From contig NEEC01000017.1 of NCBI GenBank assembly GCA_002189035.1, positions 1,054,001 through 1,118,000 on the forward strand: a DNA stretch of 64,000 nt, given 5' to 3'. How positions within the stretch are numbered: position 1 is the stretch's first letter; every line of letters starts with the position of its first letter. The DNA comes from Utricularia gibba (taxonomy: Eukaryota > Plantae > Magnoliophyta). Made by a program: the position numbers and the translations under genes. The notes under the pieces were generated by a model. That model did not search any database. It was not told where the DNA came from and saw only the letters and a list, made by a program, of their open reading frames with translations. Below are positions 26,219 to 38,028 of the stretch, one piece after another.

Positions 26219-27660
26219 ATGGTGAAGATTTGCTGTATAGGAGCAGGCTATGTTGGTGGGCCTACAATGGCTGTTATAGCACTAAACTGCCCTTCAATCG
26301 AAGTAGCTGTTGTCGATATTTCTGTTTCTCGCATCCATGCCTGGAACAGTGATCAGCTCCCCATTTATGAGCCTGGTCTTGATGAGGTGGTGAAACAATG
26401 CCGAGACAAGAATCTTTTCTTTAGTACTGAGGTGGAAAAACATGTTAGAGAGGCAGACATCGTCTTTGTCTCTGTTAATACCCCAACAAAGACACGGGGT
26501 CTTGGAGCTGGCAAGGCTGCAGATTTGACTTACTGGGAGAGTGCTGCTCGTATGATTGCTGATGTATCAAAATCAGATAAGATTGTGGTCGAGAAATCAA
26601 CTGTTCCTGTCAAAACAGCTGAGGCCATTGAGAAGATTTTGACTCACAACAGCAAAGGAATAAACTATCAGATTCTCTCAAATCCAGAATTCCTCGCAGA
26701 GGGACTGCAATTCAAGATCTCTTGAAACCAGACAGAGTTCTCATTGGTGGCAGGGAGACTCCTGAGGGTCATAAAGCTGTTCAAGTACTGAAGGAAGTTT
26801 ATGCACAGTGGGTTCCAGAGGATCGCATCATTACAACTAACTTGTGGTCTGCTGAGCTCTCCAAACTTGCTGCCAATGCGTTTTTAGCTCAAAGAATATC
26901 ATCCGTGAATGCCATGTCTGCTCTCTGTGAAGCCACCGGGGCAGATGTCACTCAGGTGTCCTTCGCTGTTGGAAAGGATACAAGAATTGGGCCCAAGTTC
27001 CTCAACGCCAGTGTTGGTTTCGGCGGATCCTGTTTCCAGAAGGACATCCTGAACTTGGTGTACATCTGCGAGTGCAACGGCCTTCCTGAGGTTGCCGAGT
27101 ACTGGAAACAAGTCATCAAAATCAATGATTACCAGAAGGACAGATTCGTCAACCGTGTGGTTGCTTCGATGTTCAACACCGTTTCCAACAAAAAGATCGC
27201 CATTCTGGGGTTCGCCTTCAAGAAAGACACCGGTGACACCAGAGAAACCCCTGCCATTGATGTATGCAAGGGACTGCTGGGTGACAATGCCCACCTTAGC
27301 ATCTACGACCCACAGGTAACTGAAGAGCAGATCCAGCGTGATCTCTCCCTGAACAAATTCGACTGGGACCATCCCCTTCATCTCCAGCCAACCAGTCCTA
27401 AAGCCATCAAGAAGGTCCGAGCCGTGTGGGATGCCTACGAGGCCACAAAGGATGCACATGCTGTATGCATAATCACAGAATGGGATGAGTTCAGGAAGCT
27501 TGACTACCAAAGAATATATGACAACATGCAGAAACCAGCCTTCATCTTCGATGGAAGGAACATCGTGGATGTGAACAAGCTCCGGGAGATGGGTTTCATC
27601 GTCTACTCCATCGGCAAACCTCTGGATCCGTGGCTCAAGGACATGCCTGCAGTTGCATAA
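26219..27660 (+). CDS. UGD: UDP-glucose 6-dehydrogenase (intronless CDS, upstream 5'UTR intron), with one apparent 1-bp deletion
   Basis: Rossmann motif [16 protein letters not shown], plus [26 protein letters not shown]/(T)[49 protein letters not shown] and FDGRN. The two ORF-track pieces join if one G is added at 26701-26703. Confidence 0.96.
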
Positions 27661-28378
27661 TTCCCATTTCCCCTCCATTCTTGTTCCAGGTACCCATTCC
27701 ATTCCCTTTCTTTAATACAAGAAAAAGATACTTTCTTTTGCTAGCTTCCTGGAGGTGTGGATGCTTTTTCATCATCGTCCTCTGCCTGTGTAATAAGAAC
27801 TTGGTGAAAGCATGATAAACAATAGAATTGGTAGTATTTGTTAAACCGGCGGTTCAAACGGATGAACCGGATATCATCCACCGGGCGGTGGGTTGAATGC
27901 AAGACTCATCCCACACCCATCGATCACATGGAATAGAAGGAAGCCTTCACAAAAACCCACCATCTTAGCAACATGTTACTATTTCGACACAAGAAAAGTA
28001 ATTTTTTTTTGCATCCCCTTCTTGGTGTGTGTCAAAGATCAGGAACTAATGATTCCTAGAATTGAACGGCGTCGTTCCACCATCCATTTCTATATCGCCC
28101 TTCTCAAGATTTTAATTACATGGATTGGAAAGAAGAAATCCAGGTCCCATGTGGGGCATGTGCATGTGCATGTAGGAGGTGGGGAGGCTACTATGTGTAT
28201 GTGTGCATGCATGGTAGGACTAGGCTCACACACACACATGGCCAAATGTGGCCCATTAAACAAACACTATAAAAAATAATGTGAGGTTTGAGCGACAAAA
28301 GTATTGAGAGGAAGCACATGGCGTGTTCTCTCACGGCCGGTGGCGTAACATAACATGCCATGTGGGGAGGGGAGTATG

Positions 28379-28400
28379 CCCCTGCCCCTGCCCCTGCCCC
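28379..28400 (-). other. Canonical G-quadruplex motif (GGGGCA)3GGGG on the minus strand; i-motif-capable on the plus strand
   Basis: The plus strand reads CCCCTGCCCCTGCCCCTGCCCC: four C4 tracts with 2-nt loops. Confidence 0.7.
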
Positions 28401-29884
28401 TCCCTCCTTTCCATTATTTTACTACTAATATGGCTGCTGTGCTGTGCTGGGCTACGGTGCAGTGTAGCAGCTGCTGCTAGGTATGGTTTCACTGAGTTTG
28501 AATGAATGCAGCATCCTCCCAAATGGTGAAACCCATGCAATCCAATACACCACAAGAATCAATCAATGACGTGAGGGAGGGGGAGACTTCCTTTCCCAAT
28601 CCCAACCCGTGACTGAGAACTCAGAATACAATAGGCAACATAGATAAATGTACTGTGGGTACTTTTATAAACAATCTGAAACGGTGATTTTGAAAAATAT
28701 ACACATTATGTGAGAAAATTATCCAACCTGTGTAATGATTTGTACTTAGTGTGTGAAAGATAAATACATGATGAATAATTTTATAAGCAACTTAACTTGA
28801 GAGAGAGAGCCTTGCCGTGTCACCGGGAATGCGCCGACACGGATTCAGTATTCAGAGCCCTCCCCCTGTGGCTGTGATTCTCATTAATGTAGTCATGTCA
28901 ACCATATATTTACATACATGACCAATTTATGTGAAATATTGTTATTTTTTTAAAAGTAAAAACAGTTTTTTTTTTCAAAGCACTTTTATTTCTATAATTA
29001 TTTTTGTCAAAAATATTTTTGAATTTGAACTGTCAAAATTATTTATTCAAAAATAACAAAGTATTGCTTTTTTAATCTATTTCTGCTTTTGCGTAAAAAT
29101 ATTAAAATTATTTTTCATCCATCCCCTTCAATAAATCTATTTTTCCAAATCTTTAAAATTATTTTTAATCTCAAATAAAGATGTGTAAATTCAATCAATA
29201 ATCTAATTTCAAGAATATTCGAAACATAGTTTAAAATAATTTTTAATAATTACTCATCTCAAAATTATTTATATTTCTATTCATAGTTTTTCAAAACACA
29301 TGCAACCTATTTTTACTTTTATCAATTATCGCTGTAAAACTATAATAAATAGGTATACAAAATCTTACACAACACTCATTTAATATCTTTAGCTCTCCAT
29401 TTAAAAGATACCATGACTATTCCAAAAAATGTCATTTTACCAAGATCCACATTCAGTTAATTGAACTTTATCCACTTTAGTCATATTTAACATCCCACTT
29501 TTTTAATACTACAATCAAGATTTAGAATGTCACTCCCAAGGTACAATTACAAATACCCCATTTCAGTCAACCCCTTTTTTTCAATTTATTACTATTTTGT
29601 GGGGTCCATGTTGAATATATATATATATTATATTTTTTTCAGGAAATTGACCGGGAGTGAACTGGGCTAACTCTACTATATATTAATATCATAAATGGCC
29701 GCAGTCTTTTTTTTTGGTTTCGAAGGATTGGGGGGAAATTATTAAAAAAAAAAGAAAGAAGGAAAAAATTGCAGGGCGCTTCGATGACTTCTCCGGGTTG
29801 AAATTGATTCTCGCATTTTCTTTTTTTTAATCGCATCTTCTGGTTCATCAACCGCGGGGGACGGACGGAGGCGCGAGCGGTTGT

Positions 29885-30160
29885 CTATAGGCCGTCGTGG
29901 CTTTCTCCTGAGTGAGCGCCGTAGAAATCGACGAGCTTCTGCAGAACGAAGACCTGCCTTTCAAGAAACACAATGTACTCGGCGGTTTCCTGGAAAAGCC
30001 GATCGGGACTGACGTCGGCGTTAGGGATTAGGCTCCGGAGCGCCTCCAGCTTCTCGGACATCAACGCGTCGCCGTCGTGGTGGAGGCGGCGGCAGTGGAT
30101 TCGATTCGGAGATCTTCTCGTCGCAGCGGAGGGCGACGAGATCCTCGGATTCGATCCCAT
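29885..30160 (-). CDS. Small atypical (non-DNA-binding) HLH protein, PAR/UPBEAT/IBH1-like class, single exon
   Basis: The 91-aa ORF contains MSEKLEALRSLIP..DRLFQETAEYIVFLERQVFVLQKLVDFYG, which is the LEAL..LIP..LFQETA.YI..L..QV..LQ signature of atypical plant HLHs. There is no typical basic region. Confidence 0.82.
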   Translation of the reverse strand: MGSNPRISSPSAATRRSPNRIHCRRLHHDGDALMSEKLEALRSLIPNADVSPDRLFQETAEYIVFLERQVFVLQKLVDFYGAHSGESHDGL

Positions 30161-30525
30161 CGCGGCTTCGGTTTTAATGGAGGGCAGGACGGCGTAACGG
30201 GTGGCGGTGGAGAATGGCGTTATGGTCTCTGTTTAAGTAAGGGTACCGGAGACAATTGCCACTGGATTTTGAAATAATCACCAAAATGCCATTCTATGTA
30301 TCCCCAGATAAAAAAAACCGTCATTTTGCATATTATTTTTAATCGTTTTGAATTATAACTTATTTGTCATTTTTTTATTATTTAAAACATGAATCACAAT
30401 TATTTCCTTAATTTCGAGACTCCGTACCGTACATGTTCTTGTTCCATGAGAGAGGAAGTTATTTTCAATAATTGGGCTGCAACCGAAAGGGTATTTTAGT
30501 CCAGTTCCGTTCATTGAGAGAGTGT

Positions 30526-30692
30526 GTGGGCCCACTCCTGAATTCACTTTCTAATTATACATTTGTACAAATAGGGGCATTCGTGTCATTTCGTGCAGGG
30601 AGAGTTCTCCGTACGAGATGGCCTGAGGGGGTATGGAGGCGCACAGGCACAGGCAGGCAGGCACGCCTGCGCATCTGCCATTCCGCCACGTG
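30526..30692. promoter_or_regulatory. TCP-type palindrome and G-box upstream of the HLH gene
   Basis: GTGGGCCCAC at 30526-30535 and CACGTG at 30687-30692. Confidence 0.5.
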
Positions 30693-31406
30693 CCAAAATT
30701 CATAAATAACCTTGAAACTCGGATCCCATCCTCTCTGTACACAGCATCGGTTAAGCTATTGCGGTTCGAGATTCCGGCGACCGGCGGACCGGAAGAAAGA
30801 CAATCAATGTTATGGGGAAGGGCAGGATGGGTATTTACGTCAAGGACACTGGAAAGGACGGAAAATAATCAAGGCAGGAGGCATGTGATCTGAGAATCCC
30901 ATGACTTCTGCTGGGTGGTTTGTATCTTCACTGGGTGTGGGGGTGCCGACCTCCTTGAATTTCCGAAGCTACCCTCGACCCATCTTCCTCGAATGCCTCT
31001 TTCTTTATTCCATGGTATTGGAGGATAAAACAGGGAATGCGTGTGTGTGTTTTGATGCATTTGTGGGTGGCACCGCCTGTGGGATGCACATGGGGGCACA
31101 TGGAAAGACCTTTGTAGCTTTGCATGTGGGAGGGAGGACAGTGAAGCAACTGGTACACCATGTTGTGCACGCACATTCCCTCGATGCCAGGACACCCATC
31201 GGTGAATGCGATTTCTTGCATGTTTTTGGTCTGTGATTTGTCATCTTAATTGAGCGATAATGAATTGGGAATTGGGACTGCTGAGAGGGGAAAGCATTGG
31301 GACATTTGATTTAGAGATCATGTGTTTGTGAACGCTTTGCCCTTGCCAGTCAGACAAGGACGAGCAGTGTGGTTTCTGGAAGTAAAGAAATGATGGAATT
31401 CTTTAA

Positions 31407-31427
31407 GCTGCTGCTGCTGCTGCTGCT
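31407..31427 (+). repeat. (GCT)n microsatellite
   Basis: About 7 tandem GCT units. Confidence 0.85.
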
Positions 31428-32641
31428 ATGGCAAGCATGCCCTGGAAGTAACTGAGCTGATGCAGCAGCCTTTTCATGGATCCCATCGTTGAGCAAAGGA
31501 AGGGTGTGCTGAGACAGAAATGTGAATGGGAACAACTTGGCTCCATATGTTGGCCATTAGGGAGATCATGAGCCTCATCCAGGTCACCAGCGCCTTGCAT
31601 CATAGCAAGTCAACCAGTTCAGCAGCAGCCCACATCTGCAGCTACTCACTGCTTGCTTCTTGTTTCTTAAGTTCAGAAAATCTTACTCCAAATCGGAGCT
31701 TGATCGATCCGCAATGAAAACTGATCATAAAGTTGTCCAAATCTTATGATCCTCTTCCAAGCACTCTTCCTGTTTCTAAAGTTGTGTTCTTTGAACAACA
31801 CCTCAAAATATTTCTATGATCAGCTTCGAATGGTCCCATGGCTCCCACTGGTAGCCTTTTCTATTGACCACTCCCTCTGACGTTTCAGTTGCTCGTTGAA
31901 GAGACTAAAACCCAGCGAAAGAAGCCTTGGTTTAAAAAAATAAAGCCCACCAGTACCTCAACTGTCACAACTGAAATTGACCCAGCAAAAAAGCTAGATG
32001 TATCTCTCCTAGAAATTGCAACTTCGGTTGAAACTTCAAATCACTGCAGCAGCTAATGTCATGCAGTGATAATAATAATAAAGTATTATGTGCTTACAAA
32101 AGAGTTAGATTTGCGGCCTGTCTTTTTCACATTGACCGTGCCGTCATGAAATCAATTGTCTGGGAACAACCTCGTAGTCAGAATGAATAATTAACACCAG
32201 AACATTCCACAGTGTTTTCTATACCTTTTCAGACGTTTCCCTTTACAGGAAGAAAATCCCACTAACATAAAAAGGCCAAGAAAAGGGTACAGGTTGTCAG
32301 TGAAAATGAATTTTAAGTACACAGACAACAGCAGTATGAACAGGGAAAGGCATATGGTGAGGGCAGAGAATCTGAAACCACTTTAATAACATAGGGGACA
32401 CAAATTTAGGGGGACAGTGTAATTCCAAACAATAGCAAATGGAGCCTAGCTTAAGATAGACGATGAACTTCGATCCCATTGGAGATTGATCTATTATGAA
32501 CTAATACAAAGGTTTCCCTGACTAAAAGGGTGAGCTCCTAAATCTTGTTGTCCTTCACAGAAATGAATATATATTATATATATACCATCACTACCTCAAA
32601 AATAGATTAAGGGCCAACTAGCAGCCAACCGCAGTAATGTT

Positions 32642-35600
32642 TCACAACGAAAGACAATCTAATTCTTCTGGTATCACCTTTGGCATTGGAGAGGCTGATA
32701 TATATCGTTGGAGATGGCATGGTTTCGGCCCAGAGGATGACCCTTGATCAACTGCACTCTGGTAAGGCCTACTATGGAGCCTAGCAAAACGATTGATAAT
32801 GGAGATCTTTTCCAGTTCCTGGTTTTCAGCTTTGACATCAACCATCAATATACTTTTGTCCAGCCTGCAGCACCATCAAGTTCATAATCAAGTCATCATT
32901 TCCAACATATTAAAGAGTTTGAATAGATAAGTTCATAGCTATAGCTTTAAACAGGAAAAGGGTCATGTCATCACAAGCATCTCGTTCGGTTGTCGGCCAT
33001 GATGACTGACGAGTTAAAATCATTCCTAAGAGCATGAAAGTATATTTTACCTTGACAGATCGGCTTCAATTTTCTTTACTCTACTTTCTAATCCCTTGAC
33101 AATTTTTGAAATGTTAGCATCACTTGTTCTCCCAGGAGTTTTTGGCTTGTCATTTAATCTGTGCAATTTTGAAGGAAAAAATGGGTGAGACAACATAGCT
33201 CATTATACCTACCTTACTTGAGGAAATGGAGCAAATTTATTTACGTCTCGTCAGCATCTGATGATGGCTTGCTTTTCATGTTGCATAACCCTCCTAATAC
33301 TAATCTGGAGGCAAAATATGCCACAGAATCACACATCGAATTGGCATCTTCAGAGAGAATTGCAGCTGGAGCAGGTCGCAAAACTTTCTGAGTAAGTAGT
33401 GTTGTAAAAACAAGCCGCCGTTTTGCTTGAACCACAGGTGGTTCATCGATGATTTCAGCTTCAAGTTTAACCTGATTACAGGCAACCCAAATCAAATGGT
33501 TTAGTTTGAATACTACAGAAACCATTAAAGCCTGGCATTTAGTAGTATTGCCTCACCTCTTCTAGCTTGGAATTTGAAGCCTGTGCCCACTCTAAGTCTT
33601 CCATGCTGCAAAAGCACACACCCTATAATAAGGATTTATAGGAATTTTAATTCCCTTACGACCAAAAAAATGACAACTATAGCTGAACCTGATATTTTGA
33701 AGCCTTGGTGCGTCATTCTTTACTTCTTTATGCCAGGGCATTGTCTCAAATGCAACCACCTTGCGCTTCTTCGCCATGGAAACATCCAAATTCTGAGAAT
33801 TAGCATCAATGGAAGACAGATTGTGTTGGGGCAATAGTCCAGCTAATATGCTGGAAGATGAAGCAGGAGACACTGCATTTCCTTGCAAATTCCCCGTACC
33901 TATCTGAGAGACCAGCTGGCAGTTGTTCAAGGTTCCAACATTCTTAAACCAGGATGGGGCCATTTGCAGACTGACTGGAGATGCAAATGCTCCATTAGAA
34001 GTTTCATTCATGCTGGTGGAATGACTATGGAACTCTGTTTCACGATACATCTCCCCTGGTTGTAAAACCTGAACTTCAGCTGGCGATGACACTCTTCCTG
34101 ACTGATCTTCTTGGGCTTCAGCTGGTGAGCTTCGTTCATTATGTTCTCCACGCATAAGTGCACCATGTGATGTGACATCATTGGCAAGTGTCTGCTGGCT
34201 GTTAGCATCATAACTACTGCCTGACTTCTTATCAATTCCAGAATCTCTAGGAGAAATCACTTGTTGAAATATGGGATTATTCGGATTCAATGGCTGACCC
34301 AAGGCTCTGACTCCAGAAGGAAAAGGAAACACCTCAGTATCCTTTTTATCAGTGTATTGAGAAGGTTGCTGAGATACAGAACAAGATGGTGGAATCAAAT
34401 TATGAACCCTAAATGGGTTCATAGAAACTTCTTTCTCTGATGACTGTTCATTTGGAGATGCTGAATTGGTCTCTAGGTGGCTTGAAGATGAATCATTGGA
34501 CCGAAACAAATTGGAAGGAAACCTGTGAGCTTTTGGAGAAGACAACTCTTGTTGAGAAGAAATATGTTGTGAGGAAGTGGGAGGTCCCATCGGAGTACGA
34601 AAATGCTGTGAGTCAGCAGATACAGCTGATGGCTTAAAATTCGCTTGAGATGGACCTGTATGAACTGGAAATTTGGCAGCCATGTGATTTTGTGGACTTG
34701 AATTCTTAATGTAATCATTCACATACGGACTTTGAATAGATGTGCTACGTGAGTTCCCCTGCAAACGAGCCTACTTTTCAGAATCCGAAACAAGAGAATG
34801 CAGTAAGTGGAAATTTTAAGACATAGAATCTCGAATTCACATTGCATACCACAGGAGAATATGAGGTTCTCGAATTCTGTTGCATTATATCATTTTGCAT
34901 TTCATCCTTGTTAAGCAGCTCGGTCATCCTCCTGTTACAAAAAAAAAAAAAAAAAAAATCGATTATTAGACTAACTGAAGAAAATCTGGTGGTTAAAAGA
35001 TGACTTCAATAAGAAACTCAAAAGACCTTTGAACATTCATATTTTTTCCATGAGAAACAGAAGAAGCCAAAAAAGTTGTTGACATGGGTTCCTCATTGCC
35101 CCCAGAAACCATCTTATGAGGTTCAACAGAAAACCTGTTACCATTCATATGATTAACCTGCAAATTGGGAAAAGTATCATAAGCTCTGAACTTTCAGATG
35201 GAAGTCAATTAATCTTCCGTACTTTTGTTCATATACATGAATGGAAATATAAGAATGGATGCCTCGAACCTGATCAAATGTATCTTGCATACCAGAAGAG
35301 GCAGAGATTGATGTACCCCCATGAAGCCATACTGGTCCTTTTGCCTCATCACCTACAAAAGAACAAAATACTAGCATATTAGCATCAGAGAAACTGCACA
35401 GCGTTGCATAATCATCTAAAAACCACATGCATATTATTTCTCAAAAGCAACTATGCTACAAAACTTGAATTCTTACATTGGAACGGCAAACCATTAGATG
35501 AAGGTAATGTTTGAAACAGCTGAGTCCCTTCAGTAGCAAGGTTTTGCTGAAATTGCCGACCTAAAGGATGGGAAGAGTTGGGCTGCAATTCCTCGTCGCT

Positions 35601-36692
35601 CTTGCGATAGTGATGTCCTGAGAGCTGCAAACCAGGAAAACCATAATTTACATCTGATTTCTGAAGCTCTGCGCTTGAAGAAGAAGCATTATCCAGGTTC
35701 CTATCAACCCAAACATTCTGATGCTTTTGATTTTTTATGACAGTCAAAGGCATATTGTCAGCTGGCTGGTCTTGACCGTGGAAGCTCAATCCACTCCAGT
35801 CTTCTTCTGCAACAGCAGACTGCATGAGGGCACTCCATATGCCACTTTGTTGAGATTGAAACTTATCTCCATAGGAAATGCTTGCCGTTTTGCTGTTGAA
35901 ATCTCCTTTTCCAAGTTGGCTCCCACCAAATAAAAGGCCCAAGCTGTCATCATCGGTCTCATACAAGATCTTCCTTTCTAGAGGATCTAGAGAAGCATCA
36001 GCATCCGGTATGGTAAGATTAGATCCTTTAAAGGGAGAAGCTCCCTGCCAACTCGTATCTTCATCTCTCTGCACTCTGATTCTTTGGTTGGAATAATTTC
36101 CAGATACGATGTTATTATTCAAACTTTGAGCCGGTACCTCCCCAAAAAGATTATTCTCCTGAAACATTTGATTCGGAAGCAATGCACCATCTGCAATGCT
36201 TATTTGATCAGATGTGAAACTGGATTGTTGGCTGCCAAATGAGCTAGAAAAACTAGATGGATTTATACCAGATGTTCCAAGAAACTTGCAATTGTTCTTA
36301 GGCAGCATATTATCAGACTGACTTGAAAGCCCTTGGAATTGAGAATAAGGATTCAAGTTCTTATCACTATTTGAAGATACGGAACCATACCCAGACACAT
36401 CAAATTGCGGCGTCAATATGCCCTGACCATGATTCTGCCCTGGAAAGCCGGTGGGGAACCCTTGGTACACATTCGCTCCACCCTGCTGCATCATCCGCAT
36501 ATTTCCCAAAGCATGCATTTGGGGATCAAGAGGAGGTTCCCCAACATTGGAGGCAAACTGTACACCAGACGATTGCTTCAATGAACCTAATTGATTCAAA
36601 TACTCCTGATTTCTGGAATCACCCAAATCGTGAAGTTGCTGATTCTGCTGGAGCTCCTTCAGCTGTTTAAACATAATCTGCCGCTGCAACAT
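32642..36692 (-). CDS. Uncharacterised plant 'dentin sialophosphoprotein-like' protein (At5g07980/At3g29385-like family), multi-exon
   Basis: Family motifs: QMLQRQIMFKQLKELQQ, LDPLERKILYETDD, QSGIWSALMQSAVAEEDWSGLSF, MTELLNK, MAPSWFK, KKRKVVAFETMPWHKEV, QAKRRLVFTTLLTQKVL, and the C-terminal KKIEADLSR|LDKS..ELEKISIINRFARLH..QRYISASPMP..CLSL*. Exon phases are consistent. The exact start is uncertain. Confidence 0.85.
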
Positions 36693-37684
36693 CTGCACAT
36701 CTATGACAAGCTTGCACTAATAGCTAAACGAAACCGTCCTCAAATTCAACCTTCCATCAAGAAAACCAAATGACAACAAGATTATGACAAGAAGGACCAA
36801 TTGGAATACGCCACAAGCCTCTGAACCGGCTCCAGTTTCCCCAGCGAAACCAAAACACGCAAAATTTCCTAAAATACACTCAACCTCTGGCCAATTCACA
36901 TCGGAAAACAACAAATCGACATGAAAATTTCACACTACAAAAAAACAAAAAACAAGCACGCGCCTCACAACATACACACAACTTGCGAAATTTTGCTCAC
37001 ACCCTTTCTCCTCCCCGCCGCATACACAGATACAAATTTATGCTGCAGCTCAGTTTTGCTTTTCCTTCGTTTTGTTTTCCGGGCAGGTACTCGGTAATAA
37101 AAGCCATTAAGGGAAAAAAAATTACGAAATACAGAACTACGAAAAAAGTGGCTAGGTTCGGGCCCGAGCCTGAGGTCCCGAAATAGGTTGCGGATCCCCA
37201 GACCTGGAGAGAGAATTTTCCTCGTCGTTTAGTATCGTGGCGGCGGATCGGAAACCTAGACGCCAGTTTGGATTCTCGATTTGGGGATTTCGTTATTACT
37301 AAAACTTTTTAAATATTAATTTTAAAACATTACATTTATAGTTTTCAAATAATTCTAAAAAAATATCATACTCGTAATTTTCAAATAATTCATATTCGAA
37401 AATTCCCAAATCAAAATACGTTCAACCTTATTTCAATTGTTTCAATACACTTAAACGTCAATCTAACAACAAAAACTCAATTGGTATCACGTCCATTTTG
37501 ATTCAAGAGTTCTAAACAACATATTAATACGTTGATAGTAAAATATTAATATATTTAAATATAATATAATTTAATATATATATATATATATAATCAATTA
37601 TATATAATAATAATAAGTATGAATATAGAAGTGATATATATAATTAGGACTCACTTCCCCATTTGTAAATACTATTGGGGAAAC

Positions 37685-37757
37685 TATAAAGGGTATTATC
37701 TATATATGTATATATAAAGGGTATTATCTAATTTATATAGATAATACCCTTTATATA
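37685..37757. repeat. Three-copy direct plus inverted repeat (perfect 20-bp palindrome arms, 7-nt spacer)
   Basis: TATAAAGGGTATTATCTA lies at 37685-37702. TATATAAAGGGTATTATCTA at 37711-37730 is the exact reverse complement of 37738-37757. Confidence 0.85.
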
Positions 37758-38028
37758 CACCTTGCCACGTCATCATAAGGAAAAAAAACAAAAAAGCGCG
37801 GCAGTTGCTTCAAAGATGGGCAAGAGTCACATTGCAGCAAAGTCAAATTGCATTATGACACGCTTGTCTTATTACAACGTGAGCGTGCTATATACCACCA
37901 GCCACGTGTGCCTATTGACCTGCCTTTTTCTTTTTCTAAAAGAAGAAATTTTGAGTGCAGTGAAGAAGTGTTGGGGGTTATGCAAGAACAAGTCTTTTTT
38001 GGGCGAGTCCAATGGGGGAGGAGGATTT

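Noticed and set aside
26899-27702. 267-aa antisense ORF opposite UGD (also the antisense or shadow ORFs over LNG 50433-51359, EXO70 42715-43128, the PPRs and 13993-14376)
   Set aside because: These are shadows of codon bias in real genes on the other strand and carry no recognisable motifs.
28430-28520. miR319/miR172-like fragments (TGAATGAATGC, ATGCAGCATC)
   Set aside because: Matches are 10-11 nt only, with no mature miRNA or fold-back partner.
28815-28842. CCGTGTC...GACACGG inverted repeat
   Set aside because: A 7-bp stem is expected by chance in 64 kb.
31390-31455. Signal-peptide-like mini-ORF MMEFFKLLLLLLLWQACPGSN*
   Set aside because: The Leu run is just the (CTG)n microsatellite, and it stops after 21 codons with no peptide-hormone motif.
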